Shown: in pieces, positions 34,103 through 41,786 of the stretch
Layout of the letters: each line of letters starts with the position of its first letter
Position numbering within the stretch: position 1 is the first letter of the stretch
Source of the DNA: Escherichia phage Lidtsur
Sequence record: NC_048177.1
DNA length: 42,291 nucleotides
Reading direction: 5' to 3' (one strand)
Program-made: the position numbers and the translations under genes
Notes under the pieces: model-generated
Database searches by the model: none
The model's input: the letters and a program-made list of their open reading frames with translations, nothing else
Told to the model about the DNA's origin: nothing

Positions 34103-36483
34103 TGGCGAACAGCTATAACACCTATGTGGCGAACGGGACGCAGACTGCGTTCCTCGTCACCTTTGAACAACGAGTGTTCACGCAGATTCAGGTGTACGTC
34201 AACTCTGAGCTACAGACTGGCGGCTACACCTACAACTCCGTGACCAAGCAAATCGTATTCACATATCCACCGACTGCTGGCGCTATTATCCGCTTGCAGC
34301 GGTACACTGACGAAACCCTGCTCAACAAGTTTGGGCAGGACGCCGCATTCACCGGGCAGAACCTTGATGAGAACTTTGAGCAGATTCTGTTCAAAGCAGA
34401 AGAGACTCAGGAGGCGTGGCAAGCTCCGTTAGACCGGGCGCTGCGCATCCCTAACTCTGAGGTGTCCATCAGTGCGCTGCCGACCGTGGCATTCCGTAAG
34501 AACAAGGCACTGGGCTTTGACGATAATGGTCAGCCCTTCATGATTCCTCTGGTGGATATTCCAGACTCCGCACTGGCTATCGCGCTGGCTATGCCGGACG
34601 GCGGCAAGTGGATTGGTACTCTGGCTGGTGGCACGTTCCTGAACCGTCAGGATACGGTGTGCCTGTCCGAGTTCACCAACAACTCTGCGTACGCTACTGT
34701 GTCTGCGGCGGTGCAGGCTTGCTTCGATTATGCAGCAGCCAACAACAAAGTCGTTGATGCTCGCGGCTGGGTAGGGACTCTCAATGCCAACGTTACCATG
34801 ACCAATATTGAGGTGGTAGGCGGTACGTGGAAAGGCACCTCTGACGTATTCATCGTCAACTCACTGTTCCGCAACTTCAAAATCAACAACCTTCGTCTGC
34901 GTCCATACGGCGGCGACACTCGTATCCGCAACGGTCTATTTGATGGTAAGCCTACGCTGAGCAAGGTAGCGAGTATTATGCTCCAAGCAATCCCTGCCAC
35001 TGGCACCATTGAGGTAACTGACTGTGAGTTCCGCAACGGTCTGTATGGTATCTTGCAGCAGGGTACTGGTTCAGTTATGACTCGTGGGCTGTTCCGCAAC
35101 CTGTCGTTCTATGACATGGGCGGTGACGGTATTGAGCTTAACGTTGTCCAGAACCACTATGACGACGGCTGCTTGATTGAGAACATCGTGCTTGAGAATA
35201 TCGACAGCACTGGTCAGGCTCCGATTAACAACTCCAACTGGGGTATTGGTATCGGCGTGGCTGGTAGCTCTCCGTATGGCCTCGACACGCCAGACAGCTA
35301 TTACGCCAAGAACATCACTATCCGCAACGTCAAAGCGCGGCGCTGCCGTCAGGTTGTGCACTTCGAGCAGGTTCGTGACTCTCTGATTGAGAACATCGAC
35401 GGCGACCCTGACCAGAACGTATCGAACGGCTCTGGCCTTACTATGGCTACTGTGCTGTGCTATGGTGCGCGTCGCGTAACCATCAATGGTGTGCGCGGTG
35501 AGCCTGTAGTCACGTCAGGTACTGACCCGCACAGCATCCGTATTGTGATGCTGGAGTGGGGTACTAACGCAGGTGTTGGTGCTCGCGGGCCATGTCAGCA
35601 CATGACTGTGCGTAACGTGTCCTCGCGCAACGGGCGCTTCTATGCTGGCGTTGGCTGTCAGGACGTTGGGCTGGATAACACAGCTACGTTCGAGAACATC
35701 GACTGCTACAACTTCCGGCTGTTCGGTGTTGCTCGTGAGCTGAATCTGGCAAACATTACCTGCACAGTGTTCGACTGCATTGGCGATGACTCTGCTGGCG
35801 GTACGTCCTCTAACGGTTATCTGGCCGTAGGCCGCACCACACTCAACATGACCAACGTTAATGCGTTGTCTGAGGACTTGGTTGCTAACCAAGGATGGAG
35901 CCGCTGTGCGTACTCGTACGTGTCCAGCATTGCATCCAACGTGTATGCCCGTCCATATCCCCGTCAAGGTATTGACGGTGGTATCGGCGTACCCGTGTGG
36001 CCGAGCAACCGAGTGTACGTGATGCCTGATGCCACTGACGTAAACATCACTAACTGGGACGGTACTCAATTCCCTGCTGGACGCGAGTTCGTAGAGGGCG
36101 ATTTGATTATCCGTACGGACGGTAAGTTCTTCACAGTAACCCGTAGCGGTGCTTATATCCCAGCTATTGCTGAGTATCAGGTTAAGGCTGCTGCTGTTGG
36201 ACAGACTTATCTGGCAAGTAACTACCCAATGGACGGTAACAAAGGCACGATGGTCTGGATTTACAGGTACATGTTGACTCCGGGCACCCACATCAACATT
36301 CCGGGTGCTGGTGCTGGCGGTAGCGTATTGCAGACCACCATCGCTCGCGGGCCGTACCGTACGGATGTGAACAACCCAACCAGTGAGATTCGTGTCGGTA
36401 TCTCTGACCCAATCCAGACGGCGATTCCGGCAGGTACGCAGCTCTCTGCGACTTACCCAATCTCGTTCCGTTCACCAGCATAA
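34102..36483 (+). CDS. tail fibre / tailspike with T7-type N-terminal anchor and beta-helix C-terminal region
   Basis: N-terminal ~150 aa (MANSYNTYVANGTQTAFLVTFEQRVF...) resembles the T7 gp17 anchor; remainder shows periodic ENI/NIT/RNV motifs typical of a right-handed beta-helix. Confidence 0.8.
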   Translation: MANSYNTYVANGTQTAFLVTFEQRVFTQIQVYVNSELQTGGYTYNSVTKQIVFTYPPTAGAIIRLQRYTDETLLNKFGQDAAFTGQNLDENFEQILFKAEETQEAWQAPLDRALRIPNSEVSISALPTVAFRKNKALGFDDNGQPFMIPLVDIPDSALAIALAMPDGGKWIGTLAGGTFLNRQDTVCLSEFTNNSAYATVSAAVQACFDYAAANNKVVDARGWVGTLNANVTMTNIEVVGGTWKGTSDVFIVNSLFRNFKINNLRLRPYGGDTRIRNGLFDGKPTLSKVASIMLQAIPATGTIEVTDCEFRNGLYGILQQGTGSVMTRGLFRNLSFYDMGGDGIELNVVQNHYDDGCLIENIVLENIDSTGQAPINNSNWGIGIGVAGSSPYGLDTPDSYYAKNITIRNVKARRCRQVVHFEQVRDSLIENIDGDPDQNVSNGSGLTMATVLCYGARRVTINGVRGEPVVTSGTDPHSIRIVMLEWGTNAGVGARGPCQHMTVRNVSSRNGRFYAGVGCQDVGLDNTATFENIDCYNFRLFGVARELNLANITCTVFDCIGDDSAGGTSSNGYLAVGRTTLNMTNVNALSEDLVANQGWSRCAYSYVSSIASNVYARPYPRQGIDGGIGVPVWPSNRVYVMPDATDVNITNWDGTQFPAGREFVEGDLIIRTDGKFFTVTRSGAYIPAIAEYQVKAAAVGQTYLASNYPMDGNKGTMVWIYRYMLTPGTHINIPGAGAGGSVLQTTIARGPYRTDVNNPTSEIRVGISDPIQTAIPAGTQLSATYPISFRSPA

Positions 36484-36492
36484 GGAGTAATC

Positions 36493-36798
36493 ATGGCATC
36501 CGCTAACAAGCAGCTCGACGCGCTGCATCGGATGCTGGTTGAGTACCTTACTGACCGCTTGGTTGAGGCCCGGAAGAAAGATGAGGATGGCAACATCCTC
36601 GCTCCGATGGCCGCAGCCGAGCTGTCGGTACTTCGCCAGTTCCTCAAAGACAATGGCATCGCTGCTGATGCTGACCACGCCGACGACCTGCTGGCTCTCC
36701 AAGAGCAGCTCAAGCAGGAGAAATCGGATACTGCACGAAAGTCCATTATGGACGCTGCGATCACTTCAATCGCAGAAGATAGCGGGATGATGCACTAA
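36493..36798 (+). CDS. terminase small subunit (DNA maturase A)
   Basis: 101 aa helical protein directly upstream of the large terminase; AAGGAG SD. Confidence 0.55.
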   Translation: MASANKQLDALHRMLVEYLTDRLVEARKKDEDGNILAPMAAAELSVLRQFLKDNGIAADADHADDLLALQEQLKQEKSDTARKSIMDAAITSIAEDSGMMH

Positions 36799-38558
36799 TG
36801 GATTTACAACGCCGCATGGTGATGGCAGGAATCGTTCGCGCTCACTACGAGAACAACTTCCCGCTGTTCCTGCATGACTACTTCGCATGGCTGGGCTTTG
36901 ACCTCACTGAAATGCAGCTCGACATTGGCCGCTACATGGCCGACCGGACGCTCAAGAACAAGTGCGTCATGGCTCAGCGCGGTGAGGCTAAGTCCACCAT
37001 CGGTATTGCTCGCGCCCTGTATGAGTTCGTCCAGATGCCAAACGCCACTGTGCTGCTGGTATCTGGTTCGGACGATTACGCAGGTACGCTCTCGCACGCT
37101 ATCGTGTCTGCCATTATGCAGTGGGAGCGCCTTGAGTGGCTGCGCCCTGAGACTCGCGCTGGCGCACGTACGTCCTATACGGACGGCTTCGACGTGCACC
37201 ACGCATTCCGTATCCCTGACAAACAGCCCTCTGTCAAAGCGGTCGGTATCTTCGGCCAGTTGCAGGGGAACCACGTATCATTGCTGATTGCGGATGACGT
37301 GGAGACTACCAGTAACGGTAGCTCTCCTGCCAACCGCGCCCGTATCGCTACCCTGACCAAAGAGTTCGCCGCTATCGCCAACGACGGTGCAGAGATTCTA
37401 TACCTCGGCACGCCTCAGACTCAGGATTCCATCTATAACTCGCTGCCACAGCGTGGCTTTGACGTACGCATCTGGCCCGGTCGCTTCCCTACGCCGGAAG
37501 AAGAAGAGCGGTACGGAGGCTGTCTGGCCCCGTGGATTAAGCAGAAGATGGATGGCCACCCTGAGCTGCGCACTGGATACGGCATTCTTGGTAATCGCGG
37601 TGCTCAGACTGACCCGCAGCGCTACTCAGAAGAGAAGCAGTTGCAGAACGAACGTGACTATCAGCAGGCAGGCTTCCAGCTCCAGTTCATGCTGGACACG
37701 TCGCTGTCTGACGCGCTCAAACAGACACTGCAACTTCGTGACTTAATCCTGTTCCACGGCTCTCCGCAGTCGGCACCGGAGTATTTGCACTGGTCTAATC
37801 ATCCGCGTCATCTGGCAGAGCTGCCTATGGACTTCCCGCTCGCCCGCGCCCAGCTTTATCTGGCCGCTGATTTCTCGGAGACTTATGTACCATTCACGAA
37901 TACCAAGGCGTTTCTTGACCCTGCTGGTGGTGGGACGGACGAATCAGTTATCTTTGCCACAGCTTCTATCGGCCCGTTTATCCATGTCCTCGGTATGCAC
38001 GTCTACCACGGAGGGCAGACGGAAGAGAACATCAAGACGGCGGTAGAATGGCTGCATAAGATGGGCGTTCTGCACATCACCATTGAAGACAACATGGGCC
38101 ACGGTGCAGTAACCAACATGTATCGTGGTGAAATTAAGCGGCAGGGATTGGCCATCGGCTGCGAGGGTACTTACTCCAGCGGCCAGAAAGAAGTGCGTGT
38201 GATTAGCCGACTCAGCCCAATCCTCCAGCGCCACCGCGTGGTGATGCACTGGTCTGTGCTTGAGGAAGACTTGCGCCTATGCCGCAACATGCACAATGGC
38301 GGGCGGGAATACAGCTTGTTCTGGCAGATGCAGAACATCACGCAGGACAAGAACGCAATACCGCACGATGACCGAATTGAAACCCTATCCGCTGCCGTGT
38401 ACCTCCATGCTGAGGTGCTCCAGCAAGACGAACATGAAGAGGCCCAGCGCCGTGAGGCTAAGGCTGCCAAAGAGTTCTTGGCTAACCCAATGGGTTACGA
38501 TGACTCTAAATGGCGCAGCCACAAACCCGTGCGCGGAACTCGTCGGAGAATTAGATAA
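36798..38558 (+). CDS. terminase large subunit (DNA maturase B)
   Basis: 586 aa, same length as T7 gp19; Walker A-like QRGEAKST and Walker B-like LLIADDVE. Confidence 0.85.
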   Translation: MDLQRRMVMAGIVRAHYENNFPLFLHDYFAWLGFDLTEMQLDIGRYMADRTLKNKCVMAQRGEAKSTIGIARALYEFVQMPNATVLLVSGSDDYAGTLSHAIVSAIMQWERLEWLRPETRAGARTSYTDGFDVHHAFRIPDKQPSVKAVGIFGQLQGNHVSLLIADDVETTSNGSSPANRARIATLTKEFAAIANDGAEILYLGTPQTQDSIYNSLPQRGFDVRIWPGRFPTPEEEERYGGCLAPWIKQKMDGHPELRTGYGILGNRGAQTDPQRYSEEKQLQNERDYQQAGFQLQFMLDTSLSDALKQTLQLRDLILFHGSPQSAPEYLHWSNHPRHLAELPMDFPLARAQLYLAADFSETYVPFTNTKAFLDPAGGGTDESVIFATASIGPFIHVLGMHVYHGGQTEENIKTAVEWLHKMGVLHITIEDNMGHGAVTNMYRGEIKRQGLAIGCEGTYSSGQKEVRVISRLSPILQRHRVVMHWSVLEEDLRLCRNMHNGGREYSLFWQMQNITQDKNAIPHDDRIETLSAAVYLHAEVLQQDEHEEAQRREAKAAKEFLANPMGYDDSKWRSHKPVRGTRRRIR

Positions 38559-39238
38559 TGTCCCTCGCTTCCATCACAAACGCCCAACGCTACAACGTGG
38601 GTAATGCAGTGAACATCGCGGCGCATAATACTCAGCGCTTCATCAACAACACCAAGGCACCAACAGCGGCTCAGGAAGCTCTGATTGCTGACAGTATGCA
38701 GGACGCAGCAGATGCCCTTGCCGTTGCCGGGTACTTCGCACTGCCCGCTGGCACTGTCACCGTAAGCGACGGCGCAGCCACTGCCGTGCTCAACTCTGCT
38801 GGTGCAGACAGTCACCCAGCCACTGCCGTTGTTACTGGCGGTGCACTGACTGGTGTGAAGATTACGGCAGACACCACGGCTATCGTTGACCTGAACGATA
38901 CGGTCGAGATTCGTCGGGCTGACGGCTCCGTGACTGGTATCACTACTGGCTCTACCCGTGTAGCCGCTGGAGTGCTGGCCAACGTCCGGCTGCCTATCAC
39001 TGCTGATGCGGTGGTCAACAACGGTACTGTGTCTGTGCGCAACTCTGCCGCAGCAGACCCGCACAACGCCACCGTCGTAGTCAACAACCAAGGTGTCCTG
39101 CAAGGTGTGAACCTCGCGGCCACTGCTGCTATCGTCGATAACGGCGATGCACTCACTGTGCCTGTAACTGGCACGTACACAACCACTGCCACCATCTCCG
39201 TTGCTAACGGTGTGGTTACTGGCATCGTACTGTCCTAA
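38558..39238 (+). CDS. Ala/Thr/Val/Gly-rich repeat protein of unknown function (226 aa)
   Basis: GGAGA SD; internally repetitive (ATAVLNSAGAD / ATAVVTGGALTGV / VTGITTGS / ANGVVTGIVLS); N-terminus shares a motif with the next ORF. Confidence 0.5.
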   Translation: MSLASITNAQRYNVGNAVNIAAHNTQRFINNTKAPTAAQEALIADSMQDAADALAVAGYFALPAGTVTVSDGAATAVLNSAGADSHPATAVVTGGALTGVKITADTTAIVDLNDTVEIRRADGSVTGITTGSTRVAAGVLANVRLPITADAVVNNGTVSVRNSAAADPHNATVVVNNQGVLQGVNLAATAAIVDNGDALTVPVTGTYTTTATISVANGVVTGIVLS

Positions 39239-39250
39239 TGGAGAATACTC

Positions 39251-39442
39251 ATGGCTCTTTCTGCATCCACGCCAGCTCAGCGCTACGAGCTGATTAACGC
39301 CTGCAACAACCTGACCAAAGTGTGCCACAAGTTTGAAGAAGACGGCTATCTGGCCACTGGCAACACTGCGCTCATGACTAAGCTGCAAGCAGCTATCACC
39401 CGCGTGCAGACTGCACTGACGGCTATCGCTAACGCCGCATAA
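39251..39442 (+). CDS. small protein paralogous to the N-terminus of the preceding ORF (63 aa)
   Basis: MALSASTPAQRYELINACNNLTK vs MSLASITNAQRYNVGNAVNIAAH; GGAGA SD. Confidence 0.45.
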   Translation: MALSASTPAQRYELINACNNLTKVCHKFEEDGYLATGNTALMTKLQAAITRVQTALTAIANAA

Positions 39443-39453
39443 GAGGTACTCGC

Positions 39454-39942
39454 ATGAAACTGTCTCGGCTAATGGCCGGGGCAGTCCTCTCACTGTCACT
39501 GACATTGACGGGCTGCTCCGCGACAAGCGCACTCTCTGCCGCTGCCTCTGTTATCTCGCCTGACAAACCAGAGCTGACGGCTCAGGTCGGTGCTGAGAAT
39601 ACCAAGCAGGGTATCGGTGTCACTGCAAAGCAGTCCGACGATACCAAAGTCGGCGACGTATCTGGTAACGCGAAAGTGGATACCGCTAAACAAGGTAGCG
39701 ACTCGACAACTGTGAAGGACGTCACAGGAGGCTCTGTAAACGCTTCTAAGCAGGGTCAGCAGATGAGTAATGGAAACGTGCAGGCTCGCACTGTAAACGT
39801 CTCTCAGAGCGACCCACGCAGTCTCCTGTGGGCTTTTGCAATGGGCCTTGCAACTATTCTTGGTCTGGTAATGTGGTTCGTACCATCTCCGTGGAAAAGG
39901 AAGGTGAAAGATGACGGAGCAAAAGAAGGAGCCAACTCCTAA
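39454..39942 (+). CDS. candidate unimolecular spanin (lipoprotein with C-terminal TMD)
   Basis: Lipoprotein signal with lipobox LTGC; periplasmic K/Q/S/D repeat region; C-terminal TMD LLWAFAMGLATILGLVMWFV followed by basic KRKVK tail; adjacent to endolysin. Confidence 0.5.
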   Translation: MKLSRLMAGAVLSLSLTLTGCSATSALSAAASVISPDKPELTAQVGAENTKQGIGVTAKQSDDTKVGDVSGNAKVDTAKQGSDSTTVKDVTGGSVNASKQGQQMSNGNVQARTVNVSQSDPRSLLWAFAMGLATILGLVMWFVPSPWKRKVKDDGAKEGANS

Positions 39943-40294
39943 CAACCATTCGCGTATGGGCGCGGTGGAGGCTCGTATGCAATCCGTAGAAACTCGCCTC
40001 GACAAACACGAGATTCAAATTGCCAACCTCGAAAAAGGTGACGCTGCCATGATTGCTAAGCTGGCGGAGAACGACTCCCGCTGGGTTGAGATTCAGCAGC
40101 AATTGCGCGTTGTCGAGCAAATTCAGGATATCCAAAAGACAATGAGCCATATCGGTAAACTGTTCACGTACACGGCTCATGCCGTCAAGTGGTGCCTGCT
40201 AACCGCATCCCTTGTTAGCGGTATCTACCTCGCTATCAAAGCTGGCGACTTAGCATCGTTGCTGGCATTCATTCAAGCTCTAATGGGGATGTAA
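39911..40294 (+). CDS. membrane-anchored coiled-coil protein, candidate holin or lysis regulator
   Basis: AGGAAGG SD; N-terminal heptad-like region then C-terminal hydrophobic segments (WCLLTASLVSGIYLAI, LASLLAFIQALMGM); immediately upstream of endolysin. Confidence 0.4.
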   Translation: MTEQKKEPTPNNHSRMGAVEARMQSVETRLDKHEIQIANLEKGDAAMIAKLAENDSRWVEIQQQLRVVEQIQDIQKTMSHIGKLFTYTAHAVKWCLLTASLVSGIYLAIKAGDLASLLAFIQALMGM

Positions 40295-40830
40295 TGACTA
40301 ACTTTGAAATCTGTATGAAGTTCACCGGGCTGGCTGAGGGTGGCTATACCAAGCTGCCCGGTGACACTGGAGGGGAAACCAATCATGGAATTAGTGACGC
40401 TCGTGATGGAAAGCTGGATGGTCGAGCTTGCGGTGTCCCTACTGGGCTTGGCGGGACTATTTGTGTTCCTATCAAGCAGCTCACCAAAGAGCAAGCCGAA
40501 GCTATCTATCGCCGGGACTACTTCACCCCAATCCGTGGTGACGAGTTACACCCTGCGATTGCATGTGCCGTGTTCGACTTCGGTGTCAACTCCGGCGTCG
40601 CCCGCGCAGCTAAAGCTCTACAGCGGGTATGCGGTGTTGCACAGGACGGTGTTATCGGTGCTGCAACCGTGGCAGCGGCCAAGCGTCTGGAACCTCACTC
40701 CGCAGCAGCATCCATCTGTGACATTCGTATTGAGTTCCTAAAGGCTTCTACAGCCCCGACAATCGTTCGGTATAGGGATGCCTTGGTTGCTCGTGCAAAA
40801 CGCTGTAGCGCTTACTGTGCGACGTTATAG
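40294..40830 (+). CDS. endolysin, GH108-type N-terminal domain
   Basis: FTGLAEGGYTKLPGDTGGETNHGIS matches the EGGY...GG.T..GI signature of GH108 muramidases; last gene before the terminal non-coding region; no N-terminal TMD. Confidence 0.75.
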   Translation: MTNFEICMKFTGLAEGGYTKLPGDTGGETNHGISDARDGKLDGRACGVPTGLGGTICVPIKQLTKEQAEAIYRRDYFTPIRGDELHPAIACAVFDFGVNSGVARAAKALQRVCGVAQDGVIGAATVAAAKRLEPHSAAASICDIRIEFLKASTAPTIVRYRDALVARAKRCSAYCATL

Positions 40831-40899
40831 GGGCATTGAAAGCTGGGACATTGAACAGGCGTAATACCCCGGCTTGAAAATTGACTATTTGTGCGTGGG

Positions 40900-41410
40900 C
40901 CTCCCTCGACTCGAAGGAGCGCCTGCGCCCCCGTACGCCTGTGCGCGTGCGCGTGCATGACGTGTGCGCATTATGCGCGTGTGCCTGCGCGTGCGGTATT
41001 GCTCGCGTGCGTGCGGTAACAGCTCGCGCGTGCCCGTTTCCATTGTCGCGGTGTGGCGTGCTGTGCTCTGCGCGGTGCTGTGCCACTGCTGGCTGTGCCA
41101 CTGCTACCACTGGACGCGCCTGCGCTGGCCTGCGCTGGTATCGGCTCCGGTCGTGGCGGGTATCTATCTCTTTTGCCTGCGTGCTGCGCCTGCGTCCTGT
41201 CACTGCCTGCTAGCGCCTGCTATCTGCCTGCGCTCGCCTGCCTCCAGCTACTCCAGCTAATCGCGTCACTGCTACTAGCCGTTGCTAGCCGTGATACTTG
41301 CTATCCGTTCGCGTTCTCTCGCTATCCACTGCGTGTCCAGCTCGCTCCGCTCCGCGCTCCGCTACCGCACTGCGTGCTGCGTCGCTTACGCTGCGTATCG
41401 CTTACAGCTT
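40900..41410 (+). repeat. A-depleted GC-rich short-repeat tract, probable terminal-repeat / packaging region
   Basis: About 500 bp almost free of A on the + strand, built from reiterated TGCGCG, CCTGCGC, GCTGCG, GCTCCGC units; non-coding; sits between last and first gene. Confidence 0.5.
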
Positions 41411-41570
41411 ATACTGTAACAGTTACTTTCATTTACTCACTGATTTATAAAGAGTTTTAGACGGTTATTAGCTACTGATTGAGCTATTCAAGTATCTATC
41501 CAATCAAATATTTAATCCTATTGAATACATACACTTACCTACATTTTGAGCTATTCAGTGAAAATAATTC

Positions 41571-41599
41571 TTGCAATGCTGTTTGTGATTTGCTGTAAT
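41571..41599 (+). promoter_or_regulatory. sigma70-type early promoter candidate P1
   Basis: -35 TTGCAA (41571-41576), 17-bp spacer, -10 TGTAAT (41594-41599). Confidence 0.55.
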
Positions 41600-41675
41600 T
41601 CATCTCGCCGGGTAGCAATGCAGCGCTACACGGTGGGCTAGATGGTTAGCCAGCTCTTTAACAATCTGGAGTGTA

Positions 41676-41704
41676 TTGACAAGCGAGTCTCACTATGCTG
41701 TAAT
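41676..41704 (+). promoter_or_regulatory. sigma70-type early promoter candidate P2
   Basis: -35 TTGACA (41676-41681), 17-bp spacer, -10 TGTAAT (41699-41704). Confidence 0.65.
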
Positions 41705-41756
41705 ACGCTCCAGATTGACAGGGCAAGCAAGCCTGACAGTCAGTAGTAAAAAGTGG

Positions 41757-41786
41757 TTGACAAGCCGATTCAAGATGTGATGTAAT
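41757..41786 (+). promoter_or_regulatory. sigma70-type early promoter candidate P3
   Basis: -35 TTGACA (41757-41762), 18-bp spacer, -10 TGTAAT (41781-41786); P2 and P3 share the TTGACAAGC core. Confidence 0.6.

Noticed and set aside
38495-39532. 345-aa minus-strand ORF spanning the terminase end and the downstream repeat-protein genes
   Set aside because: Crosses three + strand genes that have good ribosome-binding sites; Ser/Gly/Val-rich artefact of the antisense strand.
40900-41410. CRISPR array
   Set aside because: The repeats are short, irregular and not separated by unique spacers of regular length; no cas genes; consistent with phage terminal repeat DNA instead.
40881-41460. Three overlapping + strand ORFs (110, 98 and 135 aa) and one minus-strand ORF in the terminal tract
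   Set aside because: The region is almost A-free on the + strand so stop codons are rare by composition; translations are Cys/Ala/Arg/Leu low-complexity strings with no ribosome-binding sites; treated as non-coding repeat DNA.
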